From contig CAVWGN010000001.1 of NCBI GenBank assembly GCA_963754655.1, positions 3,008,001 through 3,072,000 on the forward strand: DNA of 64,000 nucleotides. Direction: 5' to 3'. The translations under genes and the position numbers were made by a program. Of the stretch, positions 48,225 to 59,527 are shown in pieces (within the stretch, counting starts at the first letter, position 1; each line of letters begins with the position of its first letter). Below the pieces are notes generated by a model. That model worked only from the letters and a program-made list of their open reading frames with translations, did not search any database and had not been told where the DNA came from. Source of the stretch: an uncultured Chlamydiae bacterium (lineage in GTDB: Bacteria; Chlamydiota; Chlamydiia; Chlamydiales; Parachlamydiaceae).

Positions 48225-49520
48225 ATGGTCTCGCTTGATCAAATCATTGAAGGAGAAATTGAAACCATTGCCTTTGGCGGAGAAGGGATTTTGCGTTATC
48301 GAGGCCTTGTCGTCTTTGTTCCCTTTACAGCAATAGGCGATCGCATCACCTGTCGTATTACGGAAATTAAGCGATCTTTTGCCAAGGGAACATTGATCGA
48401 ACTTAAATACGCCAGCCACTATCGTACAGAACCGAGCTGTCCCTATTTTGGCACTTGTGGAGGATGCCAGCTTCAACATTTGCAAGAACAGGCTCAACTT
48501 AAATATAAATTAAATTCCGTCACAGATGCGCTTAAACGCATTGGACATTTATCGATTCCTTCTTTTCCCATCATTCCAGCTTCAGTCAATTGGTCCTATC
48601 GTCGGCATATTACTTTGCATCTTAGACCCAAAAATGAAGGATTTGAAGCAGGCTATATTGCGCAAGATAACCAATCTTTGGTTGTTGTTCAAACCTGTCC
48701 TATTTTCAATGAACCCCATCATCCTATTATTCAACAAGTTCAAGAGTTGGTTCGAACAATTCCCAATCCTTTACAACAAGATGGGCGTGTTACGATCTTA
48801 AAAAATCACCGTGATCAATTTATTTTATCCTTTCAATTTGGCCCCAACTTTGCCATTCCTCTTAAAATTTTCCAAATGACCTTGCAACAATCCCCTTCTT
48901 TTGCCGGCATAATGGTGCAAACCCCAGAGGAAAATATTTCGCTAGGAGATCCTTACTGTGAGGAAAAATTAGAAAAACTCACTTTCCGCTTTTCCCCTCA
49001 AACATTTATTCAAAATCATCCCGAGCAAAGTACTAACATCTATCGTCAAATTTGCCAATTAGCTGGGCAATCTTTTCAACAACCCATCTTAGATCTTTAT
49101 TGTGGATTTGGAATCACATCGCTTCTATTGGCTCAACAAGGACATCACGTTACCGGCATAGAGTATAATGCAGAGGCCATTCGTTTTGCTCAAGAAAATG
49201 CTGATTTCAATCACCTTAAAAATATTCACTTTTTACAAGGAGATGTAGAAAAAGTTTTACCTCATTGGCTCAAGACTGAGAAAGCAAACCTAGTCATTGT
49301 CAACCCTCCACGTCAAGGCTTGTCCAAAAGCGTGGTAAAAACATTGCTCAAAGCTCAAACAAACTCTCTTATCTACGTCTCTTGCATGCCATCCACTTTA
49401 GCGCGCGATTTAAGTGTTTTATGTCAAAACTATCAACTCCAGCAAGGATACGTGTATGATATGTTTCCCCAAACAGCACATGTGGAAACATTAGTTTATT
49501 TAAAAATTAAAAAAAAATAA
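48225..49520 (+). CDS. rlmD: 23S rRNA (uracil-5)-methyltransferase, RlmD/TrmA family
   Basis: TRAM domain, CPYFGTCGGCQLQH, DLYCGFG, NPPRQG, YVSC..TLARD, DMFPQTAHVE. Confidence 0.85.
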   Translation: MVSLDQIIEGEIETIAFGGEGILRYRGLVVFVPFTAIGDRITCRITEIKRSFAKGTLIELKYASHYRTEPSCPYFGTCGGCQLQHLQEQAQLKYKLNSVTDALKRIGHLSIPSFPIIPASVNWSYRRHITLHLRPKNEGFEAGYIAQDNQSLVVVQTCPIFNEPHHPIIQQVQELVRTIPNPLQQDGRVTILKNHRDQFILSFQFGPNFAIPLKIFQMTLQQSPSFAGIMVQTPEENISLGDPYCEEKLEKLTFRFSPQTFIQNHPEQSTNIYRQICQLAGQSFQQPILDLYCGFGITSLLLAQQGHHVTGIEYNAEAIRFAQENADFNHLKNIHFLQGDVEKVLPHWLKTEKANLVIVNPPRQGLSKSVVKTLLKAQTNSLIYVSCMPSTLARDLSVLCQNYQLQQGYVYDMFPQTAHVETLVYLKIKKK

Positions 49521-49579
49521 CCACCCACCTTTCATTTAAAGATATCAAATCGAAAGCGGGCGGTTATAACGATAAAAAT

Positions 49580-50002
49580 TTAGCTTGCTTGACGGCGACG
49601 GTTTTTCTTCTGACCATGTTTTTCTTGATATTCTTTCATATCATCAGCATGAATAACCCACGCGGCCCCCTTGCGATGAGCCTTCAATAAACCAATACGC
49701 GTTGCGTAATAAATTTTTTGAGCAGGCACGCTTAACATTTGAGCCGCTTGATTCACAGAGAAATATCCCTTATGATTATCAAATAACAACTCACCGTTAA
49801 ACACGGACTTAGAACGAGAATACTTCTGACGACGATACTCCTCTAAATCATCTAAATTAATTGTCCAACGTGTTGTCTCTTTAGTTGCTTTCAATTTGTT
49901 CAATTTGATAGCAACATAAATAGCTTGTCTGGTCACATTGTTTAGTTTAGCAGCTTCTGTAATGGAAACTACTTTTTTTTCTTCAGATTTATTCTGAGAC
50001 AT
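49580..50002 (-). CDS. euo: EUO, early upstream ORF transcription factor (repressor of late genes)
   Basis: VSITEAAKL..VTRQAIYVAIK, KYSRSKS..NGELLFDN.KG.YSV, QKIYYATRIG; two HTH repeats; GGAGG RBS before ATG 50002. Confidence 0.93.
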   Translation of the reverse strand: MSQNKSEEKKVVSITEAAKLNNVTRQAIYVAIKLNKLKATKETTRWTINLDDLEEYRRQKYSRSKSVFNGELLFDNHKGYFSVNQAAQMLSVPAQKIYYATRIGLLKAHRKGAAWVIHADDMKEYQEKHGQKKNRRRQAS

Positions 50003-50428
50003 AGTTTTTACCTCCAAATTTATCCAGTGGATAAATTGTTTTGTTAATAAAATTTTAAATTTTTACGTCAAATGAAAAGATATTTTTACATAATAATAAT
50101 TTTTAATCAAGCAATTTTACAAAATTTTTAATACAATAGCATCAGTGATTAACAATTGATAACTGATAAATTTATAATACTATTAATCAATGTTTATTAA
50201 AGATGCAAACTGGATAAAAAACAATTTTGCAATTATATCATTTCCAAATAACCTTACCTGAAAATCTATCAAATAAAACAATTGTACAACAATATATTTT
50301 AATAGGCAATACAATTTTAATTTTATTAAAAAAAAATCAAATAATAAAACTCTTTTCAGATAAGTCAATTTGGATTAAGATAGGGGAGAAGTTTAATTTA
50401 AACAATTTAAGGAAAAGGGATTAGCCTA

Positions 50429-52438
50429 ATGCGCAAGTATTTAGCATTTTTACTTTGTTTATTGACCTTTATGTGCGAGGCCAAGTTACCCGATATTGGT
50501 CCACGGGACGTCACAATAAAGGCAAATGAAATTATGAAAGCGCACGCCTCCCATAAAAAATTAACACCCCTTTTAGCTCAAAAAATTCTCAACAATTATT
50601 TGGAAAATTTAGATTTTAATAAAACTTATTTTATTGAATCAGATATTGATGAGTGGGTAAATCCATCTGATGCTTTACTACAGCAAATTGTAAACGAGTA
50701 CAATCAACACAATTTTAGCACGTTTGAACAAATTCAGGATGCTTTTATTAAGGCGATTGAAAGGCGTCATTTAATTGAGCAAAAAATTGATTATCAAAAT
50801 CTTCCCACCCATGTACGCGCGGAAGAATTTAAAGAAATGCCTTGGGCAAAATCGGAAGAGGAGTTGGTTAATCGGCTAAGGCGTATTCGTTCTTTGCAAC
50901 TTGAAACGACTGCTAAGCTAAATGAAGAAATGCGGGAAAAATCGATGCAACGTATTGCTAAACGACAAGCGAAATATGAAGAAGATATGAAAGTTTCTGT
51001 TCCTGAAGAACGTAAGCGTTTAATTTTATCGCAAGTTCTTAAGGCGACAGCATCAGCACTCGACTCACATACAGTCTACTTTACTCCTGGTGAAGCCACA
51101 CAATTTATGATTAATGTTCAACAACGCCTTTATGGAATCGGAGCTCAATTGCGAGACGATATCAATGGGTTTAGCATTGTAAAGATTGTAGAAGGGGGAC
51201 CAGCCGCGTTAGGCAAACAATTAAAAGTCAAAGATCGCATTGTGGCAGTCAATGGCGAACCTGTGGTAGGCATGGACATTGGAGATGCAGTCGATCTTAT
51301 TCGAGGAGAAGCCAATACTCCCGTCATTTTGACTGTTATTCGAGAGACAAAGAGTTCGGATGGTAAACAGAAAGAAGAAAAACTTGATCTTTCGATTTTA
51401 AGAGGAGAAGTGGTTCTCAAAGAAACGCGTTTTAAGAGCTCGTATGAACCATATGGAAATGGAGTGATTGGTTATCTTAAGCTTTATTCTTTTTACCAAG
51501 ATCGCGATAGCTCATCAGCAGCCGATCTTGAAAAAGAAATCAATACACTCAAAAAAGAGCATCAGGTAGAAGGACTCATTTTAGACTTACGCTACAATTC
51601 AGGTGGGTTACTTTCTCAAGCTGTTGCAGTGACGGGTCTTTTTATTACAAAGGGGATTGTGGTTTCCATCAAGGATGAGAATGGACGCATTCAGCATTTA
51701 CGCGATCTAGATGAAACGGTGGCATGGGATGGACCTTTAATTGTATTAGTCAACCGCATGAGTGCTTCAGCCTCTGAAATTGTGGCTCAAACTCTTCAAG
51801 ATTATGGACGAGCTATTGTTGTGGGAGATGACCACACATTTGGTAAAGGATCTTACCAAACCTTTACCTTGACAACAACTGAACCTGACCAAGTGAATCC
51901 TCAAGGAGAATACAAGGTAACACGTGGGCGTTACTACACTGTCTCAGGAAAAACACCTCAGTTGACCGGCGTTCTTTCTGATATTACCATTCAAGGCCCT
52001 TTATCGGAGTCAGAAATTGGCGAGCGCTTTGCCAAATATCCGCTGGAAAATGATTATATTAAATCCAATTTCGATGATGATTTGTCAGATATTCCCTTTT
52101 TGCAGCGCGACAAGATTCGTAAATTGTATAAATTCGGTTTACAAGAAAAACTAGACACCTATGCTGCCTATTTGGAAAAGCTAAAAGACAATTCGCGTCA
52201 TCGCTTAGAGAATAAGCATAACTATCAAAACATGATAAAAGAAATTAAAAAGAAAGAAGAGAGCAATCTCGACGAAATTGAAAACTTTGGCCAAAATGAT
52301 TTGCAACTGGAAGAGGCCTATAACATTATGAAGGATGTCATTGTCCTCATGGAAGAAAAAGGGACCTTCTTTTCAACGCCTCCAAGAGAAGTTTTCTCTT
52401 TATTGCCACTGATATCCCCTATGACCTCTAAAGAATAA
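50429..52438 (+). CDS. tsp: Tail-specific (C-terminal processing) protease, S41 family with PDZ domain
   Basis: Signal peptide, LDSHTVYF, GIGAQL, LDLRYNSGG, SASASEIVA, TFGKGS. Confidence 0.93.
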   Translation: MRKYLAFLLCLLTFMCEAKLPDIGPRDVTIKANEIMKAHASHKKLTPLLAQKILNNYLENLDFNKTYFIESDIDEWVNPSDALLQQIVNEYNQHNFSTFEQIQDAFIKAIERRHLIEQKIDYQNLPTHVRAEEFKEMPWAKSEEELVNRLRRIRSLQLETTAKLNEEMREKSMQRIAKRQAKYEEDMKVSVPEERKRLILSQVLKATASALDSHTVYFTPGEATQFMINVQQRLYGIGAQLRDDINGFSIVKIVEGGPAALGKQLKVKDRIVAVNGEPVVGMDIGDAVDLIRGEANTPVILTVIRETKSSDGKQKEEKLDLSILRGEVVLKETRFKSSYEPYGNGVIGYLKLYSFYQDRDSSSAADLEKEINTLKKEHQVEGLILDLRYNSGGLLSQAVAVTGLFITKGIVVSIKDENGRIQHLRDLDETVAWDGPLIVLVNRMSASASEIVAQTLQDYGRAIVVGDDHTFGKGSYQTFTLTTTEPDQVNPQGEYKVTRGRYYTVSGKTPQLTGVLSDITIQGPLSESEIGERFAKYPLENDYIKSNFDDDLSDIPFLQRDKIRKLYKFGLQEKLDTYAAYLEKLKDNSRHRLENKHNYQNMIKEIKKKEESNLDEIENFGQNDLQLEEAYNIMKDVIVLMEEKGTFFSTPPREVFSLLPLISPMTSKE

Positions 52439-52478
52439 ATGAGAAAAAGCAAAAATAAGATTTCTTACCTAATGATTC

Positions 52479-52509
52479 GTGGCTCAGATTCGAGTTGAAT
52501 CTGAGCCAC
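52479..52509 (+). terminator. Hairpin after tsp
   Basis: Perfect 13-bp stem GTGGCTCAGATTC / GAATCTGAGCCAC; no clear U-tail. Confidence 0.55.
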
Positions 52510-52731
52510 TGATCCTTGCACCTGATGTCTCTTATGTTCTTGATTTCCCTGTCTTTTTCTAATTCACATCTTTCATTACATCTGTCCTATAAGATTGCAG
52601 ACTTTCCCTTGAAATCTATCTAGCAATAGTAGACAATTATTTCCATATTTTATTTTTAGTAACGATTGATTTTAAAGCTTCTATCTTCTTGAGATAACAG
52701 TTTAAGATTTTAACGAAAGGATACAGATTCT

Positions 52732-54246
52732 ATGTCAGTTCGCGTTCGTATAGCCCCTTCTCCAACAGGTGATCCTCACGTAGGAACAGCCTATATGGCG
52801 CTCTTTAACCTGATTTTTGCTCGTCATCATCAAGGACAATTTATTTTGCGCATTGAAGATACAGACCGTACGCGCAGCCGTCCTGAATACGAGCAGAGCA
52901 TTTATACAGCTCTTCAATGGTGTGGGATTCAATGGGATGAAGGTCCAGATATTGGAGGACCTTACGGTCCCTATCGCCAATCAGAGCGCTTTGATATTTA
53001 TAAACAATATGTAGAGGCTCTTTTAGAAAGAGGAAAAGCCTATAAATGCTTTTGCACGCCACAAGAGCTTGAAGAGATGCGAGAGCTTGCTACTAAACAA
53101 GGAAGTCGCCAAGGCTATGATCGCCGCTGCCGTCATTTGACGCCAACCGAAGTTCAGGAGCGCGAAAGTGCAGGCTTACCCTATGTGATTCGCTTGAAAG
53201 TTCCCTTGACAGGAGAGTGTGTGTATGAAGACGCTATCAAAGGACGCATGACATTTCCTTGGGCCGATATAGATGATCAAGTTTTGCTTAAATCAGATGG
53301 ATTCCCAACTTATCATTTGGCTAATGTCGTCGATGATCACTTGATGCGCATCACCCACGTCATACGCGGAGATGAATGGATGAGCTCGACACCCAAACAT
53401 ATTCTGCTTTATGAATCGTTTGGATGGACAGCGCCTGTTTTTATGCATATGCCTCTTCTTTTAGGGCGCGATGGCAAGAAACTCTCAAAACGCAAAAATC
53501 CCACTTCTATCTTTTTCTATCGTGATAGTGGATATTTGCCAGAAGCATTCCTTAATTTTTTGACCCTCATGGGCTATAGTATGACGGGTGATCGCGAAAT
53601 TTACGGCGTTGATGAAATTGTTAAGGAATTTGATTACAAGCGCATCGGTGTGTCAGGAGCCGTTTTTGATGTACAAAAACTAGATTGGATCAATCAACAA
53701 TATTTAATTAAAAATATTCCGGTTCAGCAGCTCTGGAGCCGTTTAAAAGAGTGGAGCTTTAATGATGCATTTATGGAACGCCTCATGCCTTTATGCCATG
53801 CGCGCATTAAAACATTTGGCGATTTCATGGATTTATTTGATTTTCTCTTTATCAATCACATCCGCTATACTGACACTCTCTTTGAAACCAAGGAATTATC
53901 CAAAGAGCAGCGCTGCTATCTCCTACAAGCCATGATCTGGCGCCTGGATGAGTTAGAAAATTGGGGAAGCGCGGGAATGAATCAAGCCTCGCGTGAAATT
54001 GCAGAAATCTTTGGCGTCAATCACAAAAAAGTCATCATGCCCCTTCTTTTTGCAAGCTTAATGGGCAAAACTCAAGGACCTCCTCTTTTTGATTCCGTGG
54101 GCATTTTGGGCAAAGATCGCACCAGGGCCCGTCTACTTAAAGCCCTGGAGTTTTTAGGGGGCATTTCTAATAAACGCATGCATCAGCTAAAGAAAGCTTG
54201 GGAGGAGCGCCAAGGACAAGCTTTAATGGTAAAAGATCACTCATAA
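52732..54246 (+). CDS. gltX: Glutamate--tRNA ligase
   Basis: [13 protein letters not shown] (HIGH), [24 protein letters not shown] (KMSKS). Confidence 0.98.
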   Translation: MSVRVRIAPSPTGDPHVGTAYMALFNLIFARHHQGQFILRIEDTDRTRSRPEYEQSIYTALQWCGIQWDEGPDIGGPYGPYRQSERFDIYKQYVEALLERGKAYKCFCTPQELEEMRELATKQGSRQGYDRRCRHLTPTEVQERESAGLPYVIRLKVPLTGECVYEDAIKGRMTFPWADIDDQVLLKSDGFPTYHLANVVDDHLMRITHVIRGDEWMSSTPKHILLYESFGWTAPVFMHMPLLLGRDGKKLSKRKNPTSIFFYRDSGYLPEAFLNFLTLMGYSMTGDREIYGVDEIVKEFDYKRIGVSGAVFDVQKLDWINQQYLIKNIPVQQLWSRLKEWSFNDAFMERLMPLCHARIKTFGDFMDLFDFLFINHIRYTDTLFETKELSKEQRCYLLQAMIWRLDELENWGSAGMNQASREIAEIFGVNHKKVIMPLLFASLMGKTQGPPLFDSVGILGKDRTRARLLKALEFLGGISNKRMHQLKKAWEERQGQALMVKDHS

Positions 54247-54258
54247 AAAAAGGAACCT

Positions 54259-55401
54259 GTGATAATGAATGAAGAACCTTATAACCCTCTCTCCTTTTTT
54301 CATATTTGTTCTAAAGCATTAGAAGGTAATTATGGTCCTTTAATTCAAATTTTAGGCATTGTATTTTTTGTTTTGATTTTCAATTTCTTTATTAGAGCCT
54401 TGCTCATCAATTTAAAGATGAGATTTGGAAATCAACACAAAATATGGGCGTTAAGTTTTGTTTCCGCTTTACATAAACCTTTATTTTATTTTGTTTGGTT
54501 TGTTGCATCGCTTTGCGCCATTGATACTGTTATTTCTAGTGTTTTTACATTCCATTTAGCCAATATTCATCTTATCTTAAGTATAGGTGCTGTTCTGGCA
54601 TTTGGTTGGTTTTTGCTTCGTTGGAATGCCCAAGTCGTCCATTACATGATGGAAATGAGCCAAAGTCATCAAATTTCTTTAACTCCTAGCAAGCTAGATC
54701 TGATAGGAAAGGTCGCTACGATCAGTGTGATTTTTGTGACAATTTTCCTGTTAATGGATGTGACAGGACGAAATATGCAAACTTTAATTGCATTTGGAGG
54801 AATTGGAGGCTTAGCCTTAGCTTTTGCCTCGCAACAAGTTGTCTCTAACTTTTTTGGCGGGTTGATGATTTACATTACTCAGCCCTTTACCATTGGAGAA
54901 TGGGTGAATTTGCCCGAGCGTCAAATTGAGGGTCATATCGAAGAGATTGGCTGGTATCTAACGCGCATTCGCAACTTTGATAAAAGACCCATCTATGTTC
55001 CAAATTCTATTTTTACCCAAACCATTGTCATTACCCCTTCGCGCATGAGTCATGAGCGGTTTCATGATACTATTGGCCTGCGCTATCGTGATATCAAGGT
55101 TATCAAGCCCATTATTGATAATATCAAGCTCATGCTGATCAAGCATCCAGCTATTGACCACCAACTTAACGTCGAGGTTTTTTTCAAAAATTTCGGCCCT
55201 TCTGCTCTCGATGTTGAAATTTCTGCTTATGTCTCTCTTACTGCAGATGCTCGCTTTCCAGCCGTAAGGCAAGATATCTTATTGAAAATTGCCGACATTA
55301 TTATGCAAGAAGGAGCCGAAATAGCGACTCCAACCAATATTGTAGAATTTCATGGAGGGCTCATGATGAAACCACATCCTGAACTGGGACGTGCAACATA
55401 A
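54259..55401 (+). CDS. mscS: Small-conductance mechanosensitive channel (MscS family)
   Basis: N-terminal transmembrane segments, GGIGGLALAFASQ, PFTIGEWV, GHIEEIGW.TRIR, YVPNS. Confidence 0.9.
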   Translation: MIMNEEPYNPLSFFHICSKALEGNYGPLIQILGIVFFVLIFNFFIRALLINLKMRFGNQHKIWALSFVSALHKPLFYFVWFVASLCAIDTVISSVFTFHLANIHLILSIGAVLAFGWFLLRWNAQVVHYMMEMSQSHQISLTPSKLDLIGKVATISVIFVTIFLLMDVTGRNMQTLIAFGGIGGLALAFASQQVVSNFFGGLMIYITQPFTIGEWVNLPERQIEGHIEEIGWYLTRIRNFDKRPIYVPNSIFTQTIVITPSRMSHERFHDTIGLRYRDIKVIKPIIDNIKLMLIKHPAIDHQLNVEVFFKNFGPSALDVEISAYVSLTADARFPAVRQDILLKIADIIMQEGAEIATPTNIVEFHGGLMMKPHPELGRAT

Positions 55402-55657
55402 TAAACAGCCGCGGCTTGGGTGTCATTGGAAATGTTAGCTCATACACTTTTACATGAGTTTCATACGCGTTAGGCTAAGAGAGAAAGTAGGCTTAAGCGG
55501 TGCCTGCTCTGAACTTAACGCATAGGATTTACACCCTGTTTTTCCTATACACCTAACCCAATAACTGTTAATTGTGTATCTTTCACTAGCTAGAAAGAAA
55601 GAAAAAAGATAGAATACACTGAAGTAAATGATTTAAAGCCATCGTCTGGTTTTCACC

Positions 55658-56173
55658 ATGATTCTCACTTTATCAAATTTTCTTTCCATTCTACGCGGCC
55701 CTCTGGCGCTGCTCTTTATGTTTGACAATCCCGTCTATCGCAGTTTGGCCATCATTTTAGCTATGGCAACCGATAGCTTGGACGGCTACTTAGCTCGCAA
55801 ATACCGCAAGACAAGTCAAATTGGGGCTTTTTTAGATCCCCTGATGGATAAATTCTTTGTATGTTTTGCCGTTAGTATGTTCGTGCTAGAGGGAAATTTG
55901 AGGCTTTGGGAGGCGCTTGCTCTCATTTCGCGCGACTTTGCCGTGTTGCTCTTTGGCTTTTATTTAGCTCTCCGAGGGACTTGGTCTAATTTTCAATTTC
56001 GTTCAATTTGGAGTGGCAAAGTGACGACAACCCTTCAATTCTTTGTTTTGCTGGGTTTAACTTTTCACGTTGCCATGCCCATCTATATTTTTGTCTGTTT
56101 TATTGTTCTAGGCATCTTAGCCCTTTTTGAGCTGTATTTTATTGAACAACAGATTGTCCGGCGACTGGATTAA
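55658..56173 (+). CDS. pgsA: CDP-alcohol phosphatidyltransferase (PgsA-like)
   Basis: NFLSILR, TDSLDGYLARK...GAFLDPLMDK signature. Confidence 0.85.
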   Translation: MILTLSNFLSILRGPLALLFMFDNPVYRSLAIILAMATDSLDGYLARKYRKTSQIGAFLDPLMDKFFVCFAVSMFVLEGNLRLWEALALISRDFAVLLFGFYLALRGTWSNFQFRSIWSGKVTTTLQFFVLLGLTFHVAMPIYIFVCFIVLGILALFELYFIEQQIVRRLD

Positions 56174-56210
56174 ATCTGAATCAAGATAATGATAAGAGAA
56201 AAGTTTTTGC

Positions 56211-57782
56211 CTAAGAGGCTTTAGCAGGCTTTAGGCTTTGAGCAGTTTCCTCCGGCATTCTCTCCTCCTTAGCAGATAGAGAAACTTGCGCCTCGCCCAT
56301 TTCTTCTCGTTCCTTTTCCCCTATAATGGAGGCAAATTGCTTGCCTAAGGAACGAACGGCAACCATCCAACCGCTAATGACCAGCGTCAAAATCACTGCT
56401 ACGTAAGGAGCACTCATACTAATACCACCAAAGATCATGAGCAATCCTTGATGAATGACTGAGCCCCCAGATTTTCCCAAACGCGAGCCGACGCCATCAA
56501 TAGCAGCTTTTCCCTTAAGCTTGCATTCATGCCCAAGGGGAATAAAAGCCATTTCCTTAGTGGAATCGAAAATAGAATATTTACATGCTTTACTTATAGC
56601 CACTTGAGCAGCACCAAAGAACACTGCAATTGCTAAAGGTGTCGTTCCTGTCAAGATAAAGACTGGTTCTGCAAGATCATAGCGAAAAAGCATAAAGCCA
56701 AAAAAACCCGCGCTTGTTAGCAACATAGTGATGGGGGTAATGAGAGCTGTGTGTGTCCAACCAAAACGAGAGATGAGGTAGGACATCAATAAAGAGGTCA
56801 CAGTAGCGATAATCCCTACACCCGAAGTCACATAATTCATGTAGCGATTATACTCAACTGGCGATGGATAAAGCTGTTTCAATTGATCTTTCCACACAAC
56901 TTCGACAAGGTTAATGACAAGGTTATAGCAAACAACCAAAACAGCAATGCAAATCAGATATTTCGAATTCGACAAATAAGTAAAGCTTTCGCGCATTGAA
57001 AGTTTTGTCTTGGGTTGCAATTCTTTCTGAATCTTGTGCAACTTATCAAACCTGGAGTCATTGAGGACATTTTTATTCATCCAATGAAAAATCAACATTG
57101 TCAAACAGCCCATTGCAATAATAACCAGAATTAAAATTCTTAAAGTTTCTTCCCAACTCTCACTTGTCAAATAATTGGCTGCTACGCCAGCGAAGATTCC
57201 AGCAAAGCTAGCGGCAACGCCTAACATGCTATAAAAACGACGCGCTTCTGTCATCTTAGTCACTTCATTGGCAAAACCCCAAAAAAGAATCGAAAGAACC
57301 ATGCTGCCCCACAATTCGCTAATGACGTAGAAAATAGTAAAAGACCAATTGCGAAACATGGCGATTAAACCTTTGAAACCGGCAGGCAATAGAATTTCCA
57401 TGGAATCTGCTAACTGATGAGGATGCCAAACGTCACGATAAGGATAAAAAATAAAGGTAAAGCATCCAAAAAAGAGAAGAAAACCAGAAATCGTCAAATA
57501 AAAAACCTTTTCCTGGCTATAGCGATTCGTTAACTTAGTGAAAATCAATGTAAATAAAATGGCCATGGGCAAGAGCACCCAAACCTTAATAAAAGGAATA
57601 ACTTCTGCTCCCGAAGATTTTGCTGTCACCACAACAGCATCCTTAACGTTGCGTAAGATGCTATAATTGAAGCAAATCAAAAATAGCATGAGCATCATGG
57701 GAACGACTTTCTTTATCTCATGCCGGTAAATAGGCCAGAAGAGAAAACGGATTCTGCCAAATTCTGAATTAGTAAGAGACAT
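56211..57782 (-). CDS. Nucleotide transport protein (NTT/TLC family; NTT2-like by position)
   Basis: FNYSILRNVKD, SGAEVIPFIKVW, SELWGS, FWGFAN, KYSIFDSTKEMAFIPL, KGKAAIDGVGSRLGKSGGS. Confidence 0.9.
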   Translation of the reverse strand: MSLTNSEFGRIRFLFWPIYRHEIKKVVPMMLMLFLICFNYSILRNVKDAVVVTAKSSGAEVIPFIKVWVLLPMAILFTLIFTKLTNRYSQEKVFYLTISGFLLFFGCFTFIFYPYRDVWHPHQLADSMEILLPAGFKGLIAMFRNWSFTIFYVISELWGSMVLSILFWGFANEVTKMTEARRFYSMLGVAASFAGIFAGVAANYLTSESWEETLRILILVIIAMGCLTMLIFHWMNKNVLNDSRFDKLHKIQKELQPKTKLSMRESFTYLSNSKYLICIAVLVVCYNLVINLVEVVWKDQLKQLYPSPVEYNRYMNYVTSGVGIIATVTSLLMSYLISRFGWTHTALITPITMLLTSAGFFGFMLFRYDLAEPVFILTGTTPLAIAVFFGAAQVAISKACKYSIFDSTKEMAFIPLGHECKLKGKAAIDGVGSRLGKSGGSVIHQGLLMIFGGISMSAPYVAVILTLVISGWMVAVRSLGKQFASIIGEKEREEMGEAQVSLSAKEERMPEETAQSLKPAKAS

Positions 57783-57898
57783 TTAAAACCCTTTATAAAT
57801 AAAAAGTATAGGTTATTTTAAAATAATTTTCAAGTAATTTTTTAAAAAACAAAAAGCACCTCATCAATTAATTAAAATTGCCAAGGCGCTTCAACCAA

Positions 57899-59527
57899 TT
57901 AAACTGCTTGTTGTTCGTTCAATAAACTATGCTCGTTTAGAACAGTTACCGGAGAACGAATAGGAGTAATGACTTGAGAGTCTGCGGTTGGAGACATACT
58001 CAAACCCACTGTCGAGGTCAATTCATTAAACTGTTTACCTAAGAGACGAACAGCCATTACCCAAATCACAATTACACCGAACAACACGATAGCCACGTAA
58101 GGTGCACTTGCACTGAGCGTGGAGAATAAAATTAAAAGGCTCTGATGCACAACCGAGCCGCCCGATTTACCTAAACGCGAACAAATGCCATCAATGGCAG
58201 CTTTTCCAATCAATTTGCTCTCCGGCTTTAAAGGAACGAAGGCCATTTCTTTGGTGGCATCAAACAAGGAATATTTTGCCCCTCGGCTGAGAATATTTTG
58301 TGCGGAGCCAAAAAAGACCACCATTGCAAGGGGTGACATCCCAATAAGAGAGAGGGCTAGAGTAGGAGAGAATCGTTCAAAGAAAAAGAAAGAAAAAAAG
58401 CCAATACTTGTCAGTAATAAGATGGCAGGGGTCAATAGGGCTGTAAACGTCCAACCACATTTGCGAATAGCATTGCCAGAAATAAAAAGAGAGCTGAAAG
58501 TCGCTACAATTCCAATAATAGAAACAATATGATTCATATAAATGGTATAATCATTAGGATTTGGATAGAGTTTGTTGACTTGATCTTTCCATAAAACTTC
58601 GGTTAAATTGATGACGAGGTTATAGGAAATGACAATGAAGGCAACAAAGAGAAGATACTTGGAATTCAACAAATAAGAAATGCTTTGCTTAAAGGATAAT
58701 TTTCCCTTGACTTCTCCTTCTATTGCCACGGTATCTGGATCATAATAGCGTTTATCAGTCAGAACCTGGGCATTCATCCAGCGAAAAAGAATCAATGCCA
58801 GAACTCCAGCAACTAAAATCAGCGAAACCATTAAAATCAATGATTGATGCCAAGGATCCTCTCCTATAGGCAATTGCCCTCCATAGCGGGTATAATTGCA
58901 ACAAAAGACAGAAGCTTGTCCAGCAAAAATCCCCGAAAAATTGGCTCCTACGCCAAATAATCCATAAAATCGTTGAGCTTCGCTAATCTTGGTTACCTGG
59001 TTGGCAAATCCCCAAAACAAGACGGAAAGAACGGTGCTCGACCATAATTCCGACATAACGTAGAAGAGGGTAAACGTCCAGTAGCGAAACATGGCAATAA
59101 ATCCCTTAAAGCCCGGAGGAAGAATAGTCGAGAGATAATCAGCTAGCGCATGGGGATGAATGGAATCGCGAATCGGGTAAAGAATAAAAGTAAAAATAGT
59201 AAAATAGACGAGAAAGATCGAAATAATGATATAAAAAACTTGGTCGCGTGGTAGTCGATTGGATAACCAAGCAAATAAAATGGTCATGATTACAGCACCA
59301 GGAAACATGGCCCAGACTTTCACAAAAGGAATAACCTCGGCACCGGAAGATTTAGCTGTAATGAGAAGAGAGTCTTTAAGAGTTCTAAGTACATTGTAAT
59401 CAAAGGAAATGAAGAAAAAGATTAAGAGCATCGGAATGAGCTTTCTAAGCTCATAAGTGTGGACGGGCCATAAGTAGCGCCGCCATTGACTAAACTGAGG
59501 GGTCCCTACAGGTGTCTGGGATGACAT
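57899..59527 (-). CDS. Nucleotide transport protein (NTT/TLC family; NTT3-like by position)
   Basis: FDYNVLRTLKD, SGAEVIPFVKVW, SELWSS, FWGFAN, KYSLFDATKEMAFVPL, GKAAIDGICSRLGKSGGS. Confidence 0.9.
   Translation of the reverse strand: MSSQTPVGTPQFSQWRRYLWPVHTYELRKLIPMLLIFFFISFDYNVLRTLKDSLLITAKSSGAEVIPFVKVWAMFPGAVIMTILFAWLSNRLPRDQVFYIIISIFLVYFTIFTFILYPIRDSIHPHALADYLSTILPPGFKGFIAMFRYWTFTLFYVMSELWSSTVLSVLFWGFANQVTKISEAQRFYGLFGVGANFSGIFAGQASVFCCNYTRYGGQLPIGEDPWHQSLILMVSLILVAGVLALILFRWMNAQVLTDKRYYDPDTVAIEGEVKGKLSFKQSISYLLNSKYLLFVAFIVISYNLVINLTEVLWKDQVNKLYPNPNDYTIYMNHIVSIIGIVATFSSLFISGNAIRKCGWTFTALLTPAILLLTSIGFFSFFFFERFSPTLALSLIGMSPLAMVVFFGSAQNILSRGAKYSLFDATKEMAFVPLKPESKLIGKAAIDGICSRLGKSGGSVVHQSLLILFSTLSASAPYVAIVLFGVIVIWVMAVRLLGKQFNELTSTVGLSMSPTADSQVITPIRSPVTVLNEHSLLNEQQAV

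Noticed and set aside
50003..50428. sigma28 or sigma54 promoter for tsp in the euo-tsp divergent region
   Set aside because: There is no adequate match to either consensus; the region is simply very AT-rich.
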